Source: Ginkgo biloba
Lineage: Eukaryota > Plantae > Ginkgophyta
NCBI GenBank assembly: GCA_024626585.2
Contig: JANKJI020000004.1
Span: 169,622,386 to 169,644,120, forward strand
Direction of reading: 5' to 3'
Length of the DNA stretch: 21,735 nt
A program made the position numbers and the translations under genes. Every line of letters starts with the position of its first letter. Within the stretch, counting starts at the first letter, position 1. Shown one piece after another: positions 11,803 to 21,735 of this stretch. Below the pieces are notes generated by a model. The model saw only the letters and a program-made list of their open reading frames with translations. It did no database searches and was not told the DNA's origin.

Positions 11803-12639
11803 TGTGATGACAGTTTAATCACTGTTTATGATTGGAGTTTGAATCATGTTACATTGGTGGCTATTAGTATCTTATTATCCCATTCTGTAATGTGGATCAG
11901 TCTGTGTAAGGATTCTATAATCTGTTGTTTATACAGGTATTATGGGGATATGAGTAATAATCAGGTGTCACATGCTCACTTTTTCTAACACTATTGGTGA
12001 GCATCCTTGTCTTTGGATCCCTGTTATAGCTTGTAGACGAAGCTAGCAGTCATCTTAAGGGTTTGTGTGGAGGCTTCTTACGGAAGCTGGGTTAGGCTTT
12101 TGTCCAAATTGGAACAAAAACCCACCTGACTGTCATTTGTAATCATCATGGATTTTGGATTGTAAGGCTCCTACATTGAGATTGTGCTGCCTGTTGGTAG
12201 AGACTGGTTTTGAGGAACTCGATTTGTGGTTGTTCCACTTGTGAGTAAACATCTGAAAATGCATATTTCTCTTAATGCATTTATACTTGAAACTTCTGCA
12301 TTACTTTTGTGGTTAAACTTGGATTCTTAACTGTAATATCAAAGTTGAACATTGTGTTATGTGTTTTCTGCATTATCTTGCTTATGTCTGGCTGAAATTT
12401 TTGCTTTTGGGGCAGATTACGTCACTTCTGGGTTAAGGCAGTCTACCTTTTTTTTTCACCCTTTTGATGGCAGAATCTGCCAATTCTGGCTCTAGGGCAG
12501 AGTGTATTCTTTTCTTGCTATGTGTTGGAACTGTTGTCAGAACCTGTTACTTTTCAGATTTGGAGCAAGAAATTGTGGTTTAGAGGATCACCTCAGATTT
12601 GGGGCAGAATTGAGAAGAACCCAGATTGGGTTCTTAACA
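11803..12639 (+). mobile_element. Putative LTR (TG..CA) preceded by a PPT-like tract
   Basis: AAATGGAGGTGGCAA|TGTGATGAC at 11803 (same start as the minus junction at 14361). Ends GGGTTCTTAACA at 12639. No matching TSD (GGCAA vs GTTGC), as expected for a 3' LTR remnant rather than a solo LTR. Confidence 0.4.
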
Positions 12640-12788
12640 GTTGCAGACTAACATTGTTCAATTCATCCAACAGGGAGTTAAATCTGCTTGAGGTACAGTT
12701 GAAGGTGAAAAAAATTGCTTCATTGACTGAAACGATTCATTTTCTTTCCGATTTGTCCTATACCTTCTGTGCAAATGAAAAGTGACAA

Positions 12789-13260
12789 TGCATGTTGCTA
12801 CAAACCACTAGTATCATATTCATTTGCTGCAACACCGAGTAAGATTATAAATAATTGGTATTACAAGGCAACAAGAACCATTCTCACTAGTTACGACAAG
12901 CCTATAGGAACTTTAAGTGCACTTGGTACAACACAGCAACAAGGCCCATAGCCTTTCATTACATTAGTCTAGAGAAAATGGCAGCAAGATCATAGTCAGT
13001 CATTACAATATGGCTGTACAGACCACCAACTTCAGAATCACTTGCGATGGTAAGCTGACATTACCCATGATCATATATTACAAGTTACAACTGAGCTACT
13101 AGATCCAGGAATGTGACTTCCACTTGTTACATCCAAGGAGACAAAACTCCTAATTATTTGTAGGTTGTTATGACAAGGCCATAAGAACCAGGACCGTGAA
13201 AAGCTACAACAAGGAGGCAAGACTTGTGGTCACTTGTTACGACAAAGTTGCAAAGAGGAG
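12789..13260. repeat. Degenerate minisatellite, unit ~31-42 bp, core CACTTGTTACGACAAG
   Basis: Core variants at about 12789, 12821, 12852, 12885, 12920, 13039, 13079, 13121, 13162, 13198 and 13231. Confidence 0.6.
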
Positions 13261-13615
13261 TGTGAGAATTAATTAAATAAGGAATGTAAGAAGGTTTGTT
13301 GCCTCCTTAAGGTGCGATCAATGTTACCATTATCTATTCTGTTAAGTCATGTGGTTAAGAGATGGTGTAGTCCATATGTTTGTTTCTATGTAGTGGTTTA
13401 TAGGAGTGCCCTAGATTAGGGCATAATTTAGGAGAATGTGAATTGGTGTTCTTGACAATTGCAACTACTATTGATCAATTCATCCAACAGGAAGTTAAAG
13501 CTACTTGCAGTATTATCGAAGGCGAACAACATATCTTCACTGACTGAAATTGTTATTTTTCGTTATTGTCCCATGCCTACGCATTTGTAAAGGGACAATC
13601 ACTTCTTGCTACAAA

Positions 13616-15123
13616 TGAAAAAGAATGGTGAAATAAGGGCCTTTTATAGCTTACACGTAGGTGGCTTACTTCTAGAGTCATGTCTCTTAGATAAAAGGTG
13701 TCTTTTATCTCCTTTCAAGCCTTTTAGATNNNNNNNNNNNNNNNGAAATTTAGGTGCTTGGCTATCAACCTTTTCTAATGTTAATTTGGGATAAATATAG
13801 GCTCCTTTAACCCTTAACTTTAGGATTTCATATCCTAACTCATGTTTAAGGCCTAGGTTGTGTCTTGGGAGACAACATGCCCAACCTGCTCGAAATGCTT
13901 TGACCTCAAAGCATAGGAAATTGTGGATGCTGCTCAACAAAGGACTCTGGCTCCCAACTAACATCTTCGTTAGGTAGGTTCTTCCATTTTATCTTATACA
14001 TCTTTATTTCCTTGCTTTCTAGATCTTTTGTTCAAACTTTCAAGATTCCTTCAGGTTGAAATATTATCCGTCCTTCTTTGTCTAGCTCTGACATCTCCAT
14101 CTGTGGAATCACTCTGTTCCCTAACTAAATTTGGAGGCATGACATGTAGAAGGCATCATGTGTTCTTCCTTTATTCGGAAGGTCTAATGCATATCCAACT
14201 TCTCCCACTTTGGTTTGCACCATATTAGTTTGTAGACATAACATGCCACCCCTCTTTAAAATGCTTTGCCCTTAAAGCATAGGTCTTTAAGGCTTATATG
14301 AATTGTTGCAACTATAAGTCTTCCACTTAGAGATCACATATCTTTCATTAAGGTCATCACATTCCTTCTTTTTTTGAGACGCTTTTCCCTTAAAGCATTA
14401 AATTGTAGGCAATTTTGATTTCAAGTTTAATTATCTTTCATCCTTGGTAGTTTTCTCCATCTTGGATTATTCTTCGGTCTTGCTCTCTTTGTGGGGTCAA
14501 ACAATTGCTTTGTATAGTTTCTCCATCTAACTCCATGAAAGTGCAAATGTTTATATGGTTTGGTCTTTTTGTTCATTCCTTTATCTTTCATGGTAGTTGT
14601 TGCATTGTCCCGAGTTTCTTCATTGTTTTTGTCCTTTATGTCTTGAGTGCATAATGATTATTGATTTTGNNNNNNNNNNNNNNNNNNNNNNNNNNNNNNN
14701 NNNNNNNNNNNNNNNNNNNNNNNNNNNNNNNNNNNNNNNNNNNNNNNNNNNNNNNNNNNNNNNNNNNNNTTGGGTCGATTTCTGAGGTTGGTTGACAATG
14801 TAGGCGGATTGAGGCTTAGGCATCCTAAAATTAAGGAACATTGCTCTTAAGGGGGTGGTGTTAAGGGCTGAGGCAGGCTTTCTCCCTTTTTAGAGCTGTT
14901 TTTGTATCTCTTAAGGGTTCCACTATCTAGGTTGGCTAGTAACTTTAGCATGTATCCTTCAAAGTTAAGCTCCTTCTTAGAGTTGTCTTCTACAACTAAG
15001 GGCTGCCAGCCTCTAAGAGGCTTAGTAAATCTGTCTAAGGTCTCTTCCTTCTCAGTCACAGACCTTCTAAACCCTTTGACTTCCTTTGACCAAGCTTTGA
15101 CCATGGTTGACTGGGCTGTAACA
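13616..15123 (-). mobile_element. LTR-retrotransposon-derived insert (family A, copy 2) with TG..CA ends and a possible 5-bp TSD ACAAA; contains two N gaps
   Basis: Plus ACAAA(13611-13615)|TGAAAAAG...GGGCTGTAACA|ACAAA(15124-15128). It interrupts copy 2 of the 818-bp duplication. Minus-strand TATAAAAG lies ~30 nt before the 13616 end. Confidence 0.7.
13906..14208 (-). pseudogene. Chromovirus integrase C-terminus plus chromodomain remnant (not in the ORF track)
   Basis: Single-frame translation: VGEVGYALDLPNKGRTHDAFYMSCLQI*LGNRVIPQMEMSELDKEGRIIFQPEGILKV*TKDLESKEIKMYKIKWKNLPNEDVSWEPESFVEQHPQFPML*. Chromodomain motif Y.IKWK.LP.ED.SWE; two in-frame stops (14125-14127, 14032-14034). Confidence 0.85.
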
Positions 15124-16591
15124 ACAAAAGCCAGGAGCGTGAAAAGCTACACGAAGATTGCAAAACTTGCAGTCACTTGATGCAACAAAGTTGCAAAAAA
15201 CATAAATGCGAAATCACTTGTAAAAAGGCAAGTGAGAAGATTTGTTGCCCACTTGTGTTGCAGGCAGTGTTACTGTTGCATATTCTATGAAGTCGTGTGC
15301 ATAAGACATTGCATAGTCCTGTTTGTTGTTACGCACATTTATTGCTAGTGATACTTGTGATGCCATGTTGTACACAAGGGCGATTTGGATGGTCGTTCCC
15401 TCACTATTCTTGCAATCGTTTGGTTGCTATGGGACATTGTCTTATGTTCCTATGCCTTCTTTCTCCATAGCTGATATTCTCTCTGTAGCAAATTTTGAAA
15501 AGTGATATGTAAGAGAGCATGATGCATGAAAGGCATCCCATGCACCACACTGGATCCTGCAACACCACAACACTACATCTGATAACACAGAATTGATAGT
15601 TTAAAGAACCTGGTTGGCTCAATGACAGAATCGCCACTCCCTGTACTGATGTTACTTTAGTTTAAACAGTCCTCAACTCATGCTAAGTCAGCCTGTGGCT
15701 GATCCATAAATATTTAGCTCTTTGTAAATACTTTTCAACGATTAAACTGCTAATACATGGCCCAAGTTAGAAGGATTCACATATAATTAAATCCTTCTGT
15801 GCCTGTAATTGATTGATTTTCTGTTCATTTGTATGTATAAGGAATGTAATGTTTCATGTTTATGTACTTTTACATAAGATGGTTTTTTTGATTTTGTGAA
15901 ACCTTTTAATCAGGTTTTTTCAGCATGTATATTTTCAAAAAACTTTGCTGGCACACTTGATTAGCTGGAAGGCACTAATTGTTGTTCAAGTCTAGTCTTT
16001 GAAGTTTTGTGTTTGTTGCCCAAAAGACTTGTTATATACATTACATTGGTAGTTACAACCTCTGAATTCAAAAGAATGAAAAAAACAATTAAAAAGACAA
16101 TAGATATATAGCCTTATTACACTTGTATCAAAGGTTAGGTAGGATATTAATTAAAGAAACTTTGTAGCGGATGATAAAGTAAAGGTACCTTAAGAATATA
16201 NNNNNNNNNNNNNNNNNNNNNNNNNNNNNNNNNNNNNNNNNNNNNNNNNNNNNNNNNNNNNNNNNNNNNNNNNNNNNNNNNNNNNNNNNNNNNNNNNNNN
16301 TGGTCCCAAATCAATCTTGTAGTTGCATAAGCTTTGTGTCTCTTCTTTGTTTGGAATATTGAAAGAAACTAAAGATTTTTGTTTGAATGATTTGCATCAG
16401 TTTTTACTTCAAATTATACTTCCCTTGTAAAAAACTCATGAAAATGCAATCTTAGATTACTATTTCCAGCTATGAGAAGGCTTGAATTTCTTAGAATTTA
16501 TGTTATGTTCACTATGTCTACACATAGACGCATTAGTCATGCTTCAACGAAAGATTTTTGTGTATAGTGTCACTTATTATTTTTATAGATT

Positions 16592-16632
16592 TTTGTGTAG
16601 ATTCCTATGATAGGCACACAAATCTACACAAA
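16592..16632. repeat. Inverted repeat (12-bp perfect arms) with an internal 5-bp hairpin
   Basis: TTTGTGTAGATT (16592-16603) and AATCTACACAAA (16621-16632); the spacer begins CCTAT-G-ATAGG. Confidence 0.6.
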
Positions 16633-18344
16633 TTTACTTGTCAATCTAGTTTACCTGGGACATCCTTTTACCAAAAAATCATGAAAATAAAAAAAATTAA
16701 AAATTAAAAATATTTTTCATTTTTAGTCACTATATTATTTATTGCACATTCTAAAATCCATTCAACAAATGATAAATTGGTTGTTTTTTCATTTTTCATT
16801 GCACAATTGTGTTGCATCGTATTTTTTTAAAAACTAGTGAAATTTGCATAGTTGCTTATTCGTCATTTTAATTTGTTGATAATTGCTTGAACCCAAACAA
16901 GTCCACAATCTCTCTCACATAGGCCCAAGTCTTGATTCAAGTGAGATATTTAAATTTAATAATGAAATAAACTAGCAACTCTTTATTTAGGACTACATCA
17001 GTAGCATAGGTTGGCAAGACATGCTCTAGGAAGAAAATGCACCTTTCAACCAAACTAATCTTGAACATAGAGGTCATCTTTTATAAGCCAATTAAGGCCC
17101 TTACGTAGAAGCATAGAAAACTTTATGGCCTATGTATAACTCAATGGCTATAGTTTAATCAATATTTCAAAAATTAAATTTTCAATTGAGAATATTTTAT
17201 GTAAAAAGTTTACCATTTTTTTAAATGTATTGGAAAATCTTATTATATTTGCCACATTTTGCACATTTAAAAGGAAAACTTTATATTTGAGTAAAACATT
17301 TGTCTTTAATATGTATTGTCTATATTTTATAAATTGAAAAATCCTGAAAATAGATGTATTTATATAAAATAATTCGCTCAAAGTTTTCCTTGCATAGAAG
17401 TCCTCATTGAACTCTATCACAAGGGAGAGCCCTTAATTAAGGTCCTTGAGTCTCCTTTTCAGAGGATAGGGACTATGATAATGAGGACCATTCAAATGCT
17501 AGATTCAATAAGATGGCCTTATAAAACTGTAGGAGCCTATTTTATAGTAAATACATTGATTCATTAGCCTATCATTCTTGGATTTCATTATCAGGATGAT
17601 CTTTCCTTTCTATATAGGCACTAGGATTTTATCACCACATTGTGTCATATTCAAAGCCCTTTTTGTTGAGTATTTAACTTGACCTAGAGCCTAAAAGGTG
17701 TATAACGAAAGTCGTTTCAGAACAATTAAATTTTTACACTCAGAAGGTAAATTACATATAAAAGATTACTTTTATTAAAGGAAAGAAAATAACATGCTAT
17801 AGCGCTTTATATCAAATTTGTGAGAATCAATCTCCACAAAATCAATAAAGCGTAATGTCCCTCAAAATGTGATTGATCATGGGAGTGCACATAATTGTTC
17901 CCTCATGCGAGGATTAACTTATAATTTGTAAATTAGTAGATTAAAGCTTGAATAAGAAGGAAGAATTGCAAAAATGATCTTTGACCTATATTAATGCGTG
18001 GTCTTCTTTGGTCTCTTCCTAAATTATTTAAAAGCCTCTCCTTGTTGCTAACCCTTGGTTTTAAGTTCAAGCCAACTTCTATAATACTTCAAGATGTAAC
18101 TATTGATTTAGTTACCATATTGTTCGATTCAACTTCTTGGCTAAAGTTTAATTGATGTTGACATTTAACATATGGCAAGAAGATGACATGGAAGTTGAGC
18201 TAGAGTGGTGGAGGCTCCAAAATGACTTGGTGCAGTGTTAGGCCTTTTCAATAGTTTTGTTGGAGCTTTTTGCTATATCAATGCCTTTTTCATTTTTATA
18301 GAGCGTTATTCATTTTTGTAACCTTCCCCAACTTTGTACTTTAC

Positions 18345-18494
18345 TCCACATCGTTGATATATCGAAGTCAATCTCAATTGTCGATCTATCTAAGGTTTTT
18401 GCACTATTGGTGCCTTTTGTATTTTTTCACTTATCCTACATTGTTGATTTGTCAAAGTCAATCTCAATTGCTGATCTAACATAACTTTATGCAT
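18345..18494. repeat. Tandem duplication, 90-bp period, probably in the 3' LTR/UTR of the neighbouring gypsy element
   Basis: ACATCGTTGATATATCGAAGTCAATCTCAATTGTCGATCTA (18348) vs ACATTGTTGATTTGTCAAAGTCAATCTCAATTGCTGATCTA (18438). Confidence 0.75.
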
Positions 18495-18624
18495 ATTTAC
18501 ATTCTTCTTTGACTTTTACATTTTNNNNNNNNNNNNNNNNNNNNNNNNNNNNNNNNNNNNNNNNNNNNNNNNNNNNNNNNNNNNNNNNNNNNNNNNNNNN
18601 NNNNNNNNNNNNNNNNNNNNNNNN

Positions 18625-21290
18625 TAATTTGGAAAATTATTGTATGAATTCTTTTGATTCCCATGTTGCTTCTTCATTTGGCAAATCTCCCCATTTTACC
18701 TTGAATCTTTTAATCATATTTTTTTGTAGTTGCTCGATTTGTGTCTCTATGATCTTCTCTGCTTTTATAATTGTATGTCATTTCTTGTCTATCAACATGA
18801 TCTCTGTTTGTGGTATAAATTTGTTTCCTAGTTGCTTCTTTTGACTAGACACGTGGAATATATTATATATCTTGCTTTTAATTAGTAATTCAAGTTCTTA
18901 TGCTGCTTCACCTATCCTCCTTATTATTCGATATGGACTAAAGTACTTAGGTTCTAATTTGGTTTGGATCTTCTTTTTCATGGAGGTCTATTTGTGTGGT
19001 TGTAGTCGTACATGTTGCCTTCTTCAAAGATTCTTTCTGTCTTATGTTTGTTCATTTGTTGTTTCATTTGATTTGCAGTAGTGTTGAGATTGTCTTTTAA
19101 TATCTGTGTAATATCCTATATTTCTTGGAGTGTTTCTTCGACTGCTAGACATTTGGATTTCAGAATTGTAAAGTCTAAAATGGATGGAAGGTCATATCCG
19201 TATAATTATTTAAACAAGGGCATTCTTGCTGATGTATGGTAAGTCATGTTGTACCAGTATTCTGCCAAATGTATCCATTCTATCCATTTTATTTACTTAT
19301 CCCTGGTTTATATACACAAATATCCTTCTAGACACTTGTTGATAATTTTAATTTGTCCGTCTGTCTAAGGATGACATGATGAGATCATATTGAAGGATAC
19401 TCTAGATAATTTGCCATAAATGGCTTATGAACTTTGTGTCACAATTGCATATAATTCTCTTTGGCATCCCATGAAGTTTATAAATTATTTTCATAAAAAA
19501 TTTGGCTAACTACTGGGCTTTGATGTTTACTTGTATTATTGTGAAGTGTACTTATTTCGTAAGACAATCTACCACCACAAAAATTATGTTTTGCCCTCTA
19601 AGTTTGGTAGTCCTATAATGAAGTCCATTGATATATATTACAAATTACCTTTTGGGATATTCAGTGGTTGTAGGATCCGATGGAGTTTTTTGTGTTCTCC
19701 TTTTTGTCAGTGATAGGTATCACATTGGGAGATATATCTTTGTACTTTGTTCATCATTCCTGACCAGAAGAAGGATCTTTTGACCTTCTTGTAGGTTTTT
19801 TGGATGCCCCCATGTCCTATTGTTGGTGTTTCGTGTGCTTATTATAATTCCCCAACTATGATGGATGATCACCTATTTAGAAATACCTCATTATTATATA
19901 TAATGTGCCCATCCTTGAATCTCCATTTTCTATCTCTTTCTCCTACTAGAATATCATCTCTTAATCATTTCATGTTATCATCGTATCTTTCTTTTATGTA
20001 TGTAACCCAATCATATTTTACAATGAACATGGAATTTAGTGTAGGTTTATCATCCCTTCTCAACAGTATGTCTTCTACTATTTTTTCCTTTTCTTTTTTA
20101 TAGACAATATCAAAGTCAAACATTTACATCTTGTCAATCCACTTTTTTTTTTCATTTCTCAATGATTCTTATGTTAATAAGTACTTTAGGTTCACATGAT
20201 TTATTTTCACTAAGAATGTACTACCTAATAAATATGGCCTCCATTTGGTCACTGTGTGTAGTATAGCTAGCATTTCCTTATGATATGTAGACGTCCTCTT
20301 TTCTTTATCATTGATTTTTTGGCTTTCGAAGGAAATAGGATATCCTTATTGCATTAAGACTTCCCTACCCTAAGTCTTGATGTATCACATTCGATAACAA
20401 ATGGTTTGGTAAAGTTTGGAGTCCCTAGTACTAGTGTAGATGTAAGTTCTCCTTTGATATTATGGAAGGCCTTTTGCCTCTTCATTCCATTTGAATGCAT
20501 CCCTTTTTGTGAGGTTCATTAATGGTGCAACAATGTTCGAATAATTCTTGATGAACCGTTGATAGAATCTTGCGAAACCTAGAAATCCTCAAAGCCTTTT
20601 GACCATTTTCGGTGTAGGCCATTCTATGATTGCCTTGAATTTTGTCGGATCCATTTGTACTCCCTCCTTTAAAATGATGTGTCCAAAGTATTCTATTGAT
20701 TGCATTGTGAATTCACACTTTGATAGTTTTTCATATAACTTATTATCGTTTAGTTTCTACAGCATGCAGTCCATGTGTGAAATATGCCCCTTCAATGCCT
20801 TGTTGTAGATGATGATATCATCTAGGTATACTCCTACAAATTTTTGTAAGTATTCCTTGAAGACTTTATTCATCATTGCCTGGAACATTGCTAGGGAATT
20901 ACATAATCCAAATGACATTACTCTGAATTTATAGTTCCCTTCATGCGTTAGAAATGCGGTCTTTTCCTGGTCTTGGATTTGAATTAATATTTGGTCGTAT
21001 CCATATTGTAGGTCTATCTTGGAGAAGTAGACTGCCCTATTCATTTTTTCCATGATTTCCTCAATGCGTGTCATAGGGAATCCATCTTTAATTGTGATAT
21101 TATTTAACATCCTCTAGTCTATGCATAATCGGAATGATCCATCCTTCTTTCGTAATAGAATGATGGGTGTTGCGTATGGACTTTTACTTTTTGTTATTAC
21201 TCCAATTTCTAGAATTTTGTGGTTAGATATTCAATCTCTAATTTACTTGGTTGAGATTCTATCATGCCATATTCATAGTGGCAATTATGT
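18625..21290 (-). mobile_element. Decayed Ty3/gypsy chromovirus pol (RT - RNase H - integrase - chromodomain) with multiple stops and frameshifts
   Basis: RT: SPYATPIILLRKKDGSFRLCID*RMLN...FSKIDLQYGYDQI...KTAFLTHEGNYKFRVMSFGLCNS...VYLDD (YLDD 20817-20828). RNase H: PNFTKPFVIECDTS (~20420-20378). Integrase Zn finger: AHETPTIGHGG...FFWSGM...CDTY; core ISMDFIIGLP...VVVDCLTK; GPY/F-like KYFSPYRII. Chromodomain: FKVKWGDLPNEEATWES (~18705-18655). The RT-RH-INT order defines gypsy. Confidence 0.95.
20757..21110 (-). pseudogene. Reverse transcriptase core fragment (longest open stretch of the pol pseudogene)
   Basis: ORF track, 117 aa with SKIDL, KTAF, MSFGL.N and YLDD motifs, bounded by premature stops. 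Confidence 0.92.
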
Positions 21291-21550
21291 CCTTTATTTT
21301 TTTATTTTCACACATTGGACCTACAACAAATGCATAAACCTTAATAGATAATCAATGTTTTATGCATTTTAACAATACTAGACTTTTTGCACATCATGCT
21401 TGCTAGTCCTTGCTTGAAAACCATTGCCCCATTATCTCATTTGTTGTTGATCCTATTTTGTCCATTTGGCTTCATATCCATAGCTATTGTTAAGCTTTGA
21501 CTCTTTATTCTTGGGAATTTGCAATTTTTGTCTCACTAGTGTATTATTGT

Positions 21551-21735
21551 TGTTACAACCTGATCAACCCTAGTCCAAGCTCAATCAAACTTAGTCAAAT
21601 ATTAGTCAATGAGCTTGAAAAACTCTTTGGGAAGTCAACATGGAGTGAAAAAACCTTAGATGCTAAAGAAGAGCATTATAAGAGCTAATGGCCCTTATTT
21701 GCTAAGAAGGCTTAAGGAAGACCTAAAATTGGTAA
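21551..21735 (+). mobile_element. LTR 5' end (family A, copy 3), runs off the window
   Basis: TGTTACAACCTGATCAACCCTAGTCCAAG... aligns with the reverse complement of 4076-4224 and of ~14960-15123 (ACCTTAGA...GCCCTTA.TTG). Confidence 0.75.

Larger units (their letters stand above)
12575..15335. repeat. Old tandem duplication, 818-bp period: copy 1 at 12575-13392; copy 2 at 13393-13615 plus 15124-~15335, split by an insertion
   Basis: GTGGTTTAGAGGA/GTGGTTTATAGGA; CAATTCATCCAACAGGGAGTTAAA/CAATTCATCCAACAGGAAGTTAAA; CTTCATTGACTGAAA/CTTCACTGACTGAAA; CCAGGACCGTGAAAAGCTAC/CCAGGAGCGTGAAAAGCTAC; GTCACTTGTTACGACAAAGTTGCAAA/GTCACTTGATGCAACAAAGTTGCAAA. Confidence 0.85.

Noticed and set aside
12615-12652. 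Helitron 3' end (hairpin plus CTRR)
   Set aside because: The following CTAA is not followed by T, and homology to the duplicate runs straight through this point.
12789-13260. CRISPR array
   Set aside because: Eukaryotic intron-containing context, degenerate repeats, related spacers and no cas genes.
14847-15180. Overlapping ORFs 14847-15104 (-) and 14902-15180 (+)
   Set aside because: They lie in LTR sequence, have no protein motif, and the + ORF crosses the insertion boundary.
17148-17420. 90-aa minus ORF
   Set aside because: Very AT-rich low-complexity DNA giving an F/I/K/N-biased chance ORF.

Overview
This is AT-rich, gapped eukaryotic DNA from a large-genome land plant; the long TE-filled introns and chromovirus type suggest a gymnosperm (inference). 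There is one host gene, on the + strand: a plant lipoate-protein ligase A (LplA; biotin/lipoate A/B ligase family, At3g29010-like). Three GT-AG exons (2773-2942, 3029-3267, 5751-5899) splice in frame to 186 aa. The expected last exon is not visible, so it lies in an N gap or beyond the window, which would make intron 3 >15.8 kb. The rest is mostly decayed transposon DNA: a minus-strand chromovirus Ty3/gypsy pol pseudogene (RT-RNase H-integrase-chromodomain, ~18625-21290); three copies of one LTR 5' end carrying helically spaced W-boxes; a TG..CA insert at 13616-15123 with a possible ACAAA target-site duplication; an old 818-bp tandem duplication containing a degenerate ~35-bp minisatellite; a hAT/MITE-like end; and small repeats. 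The 13616-15123 insert holds an orphan integrase-C/chromodomain and three stacked 'pol stop-hairpin-PPT-TGT' junctions, the most unusual structure here. I found no evidence for a new multi-gene system, CRISPR array or RNA gene. All alignments and family calls were made by eye.
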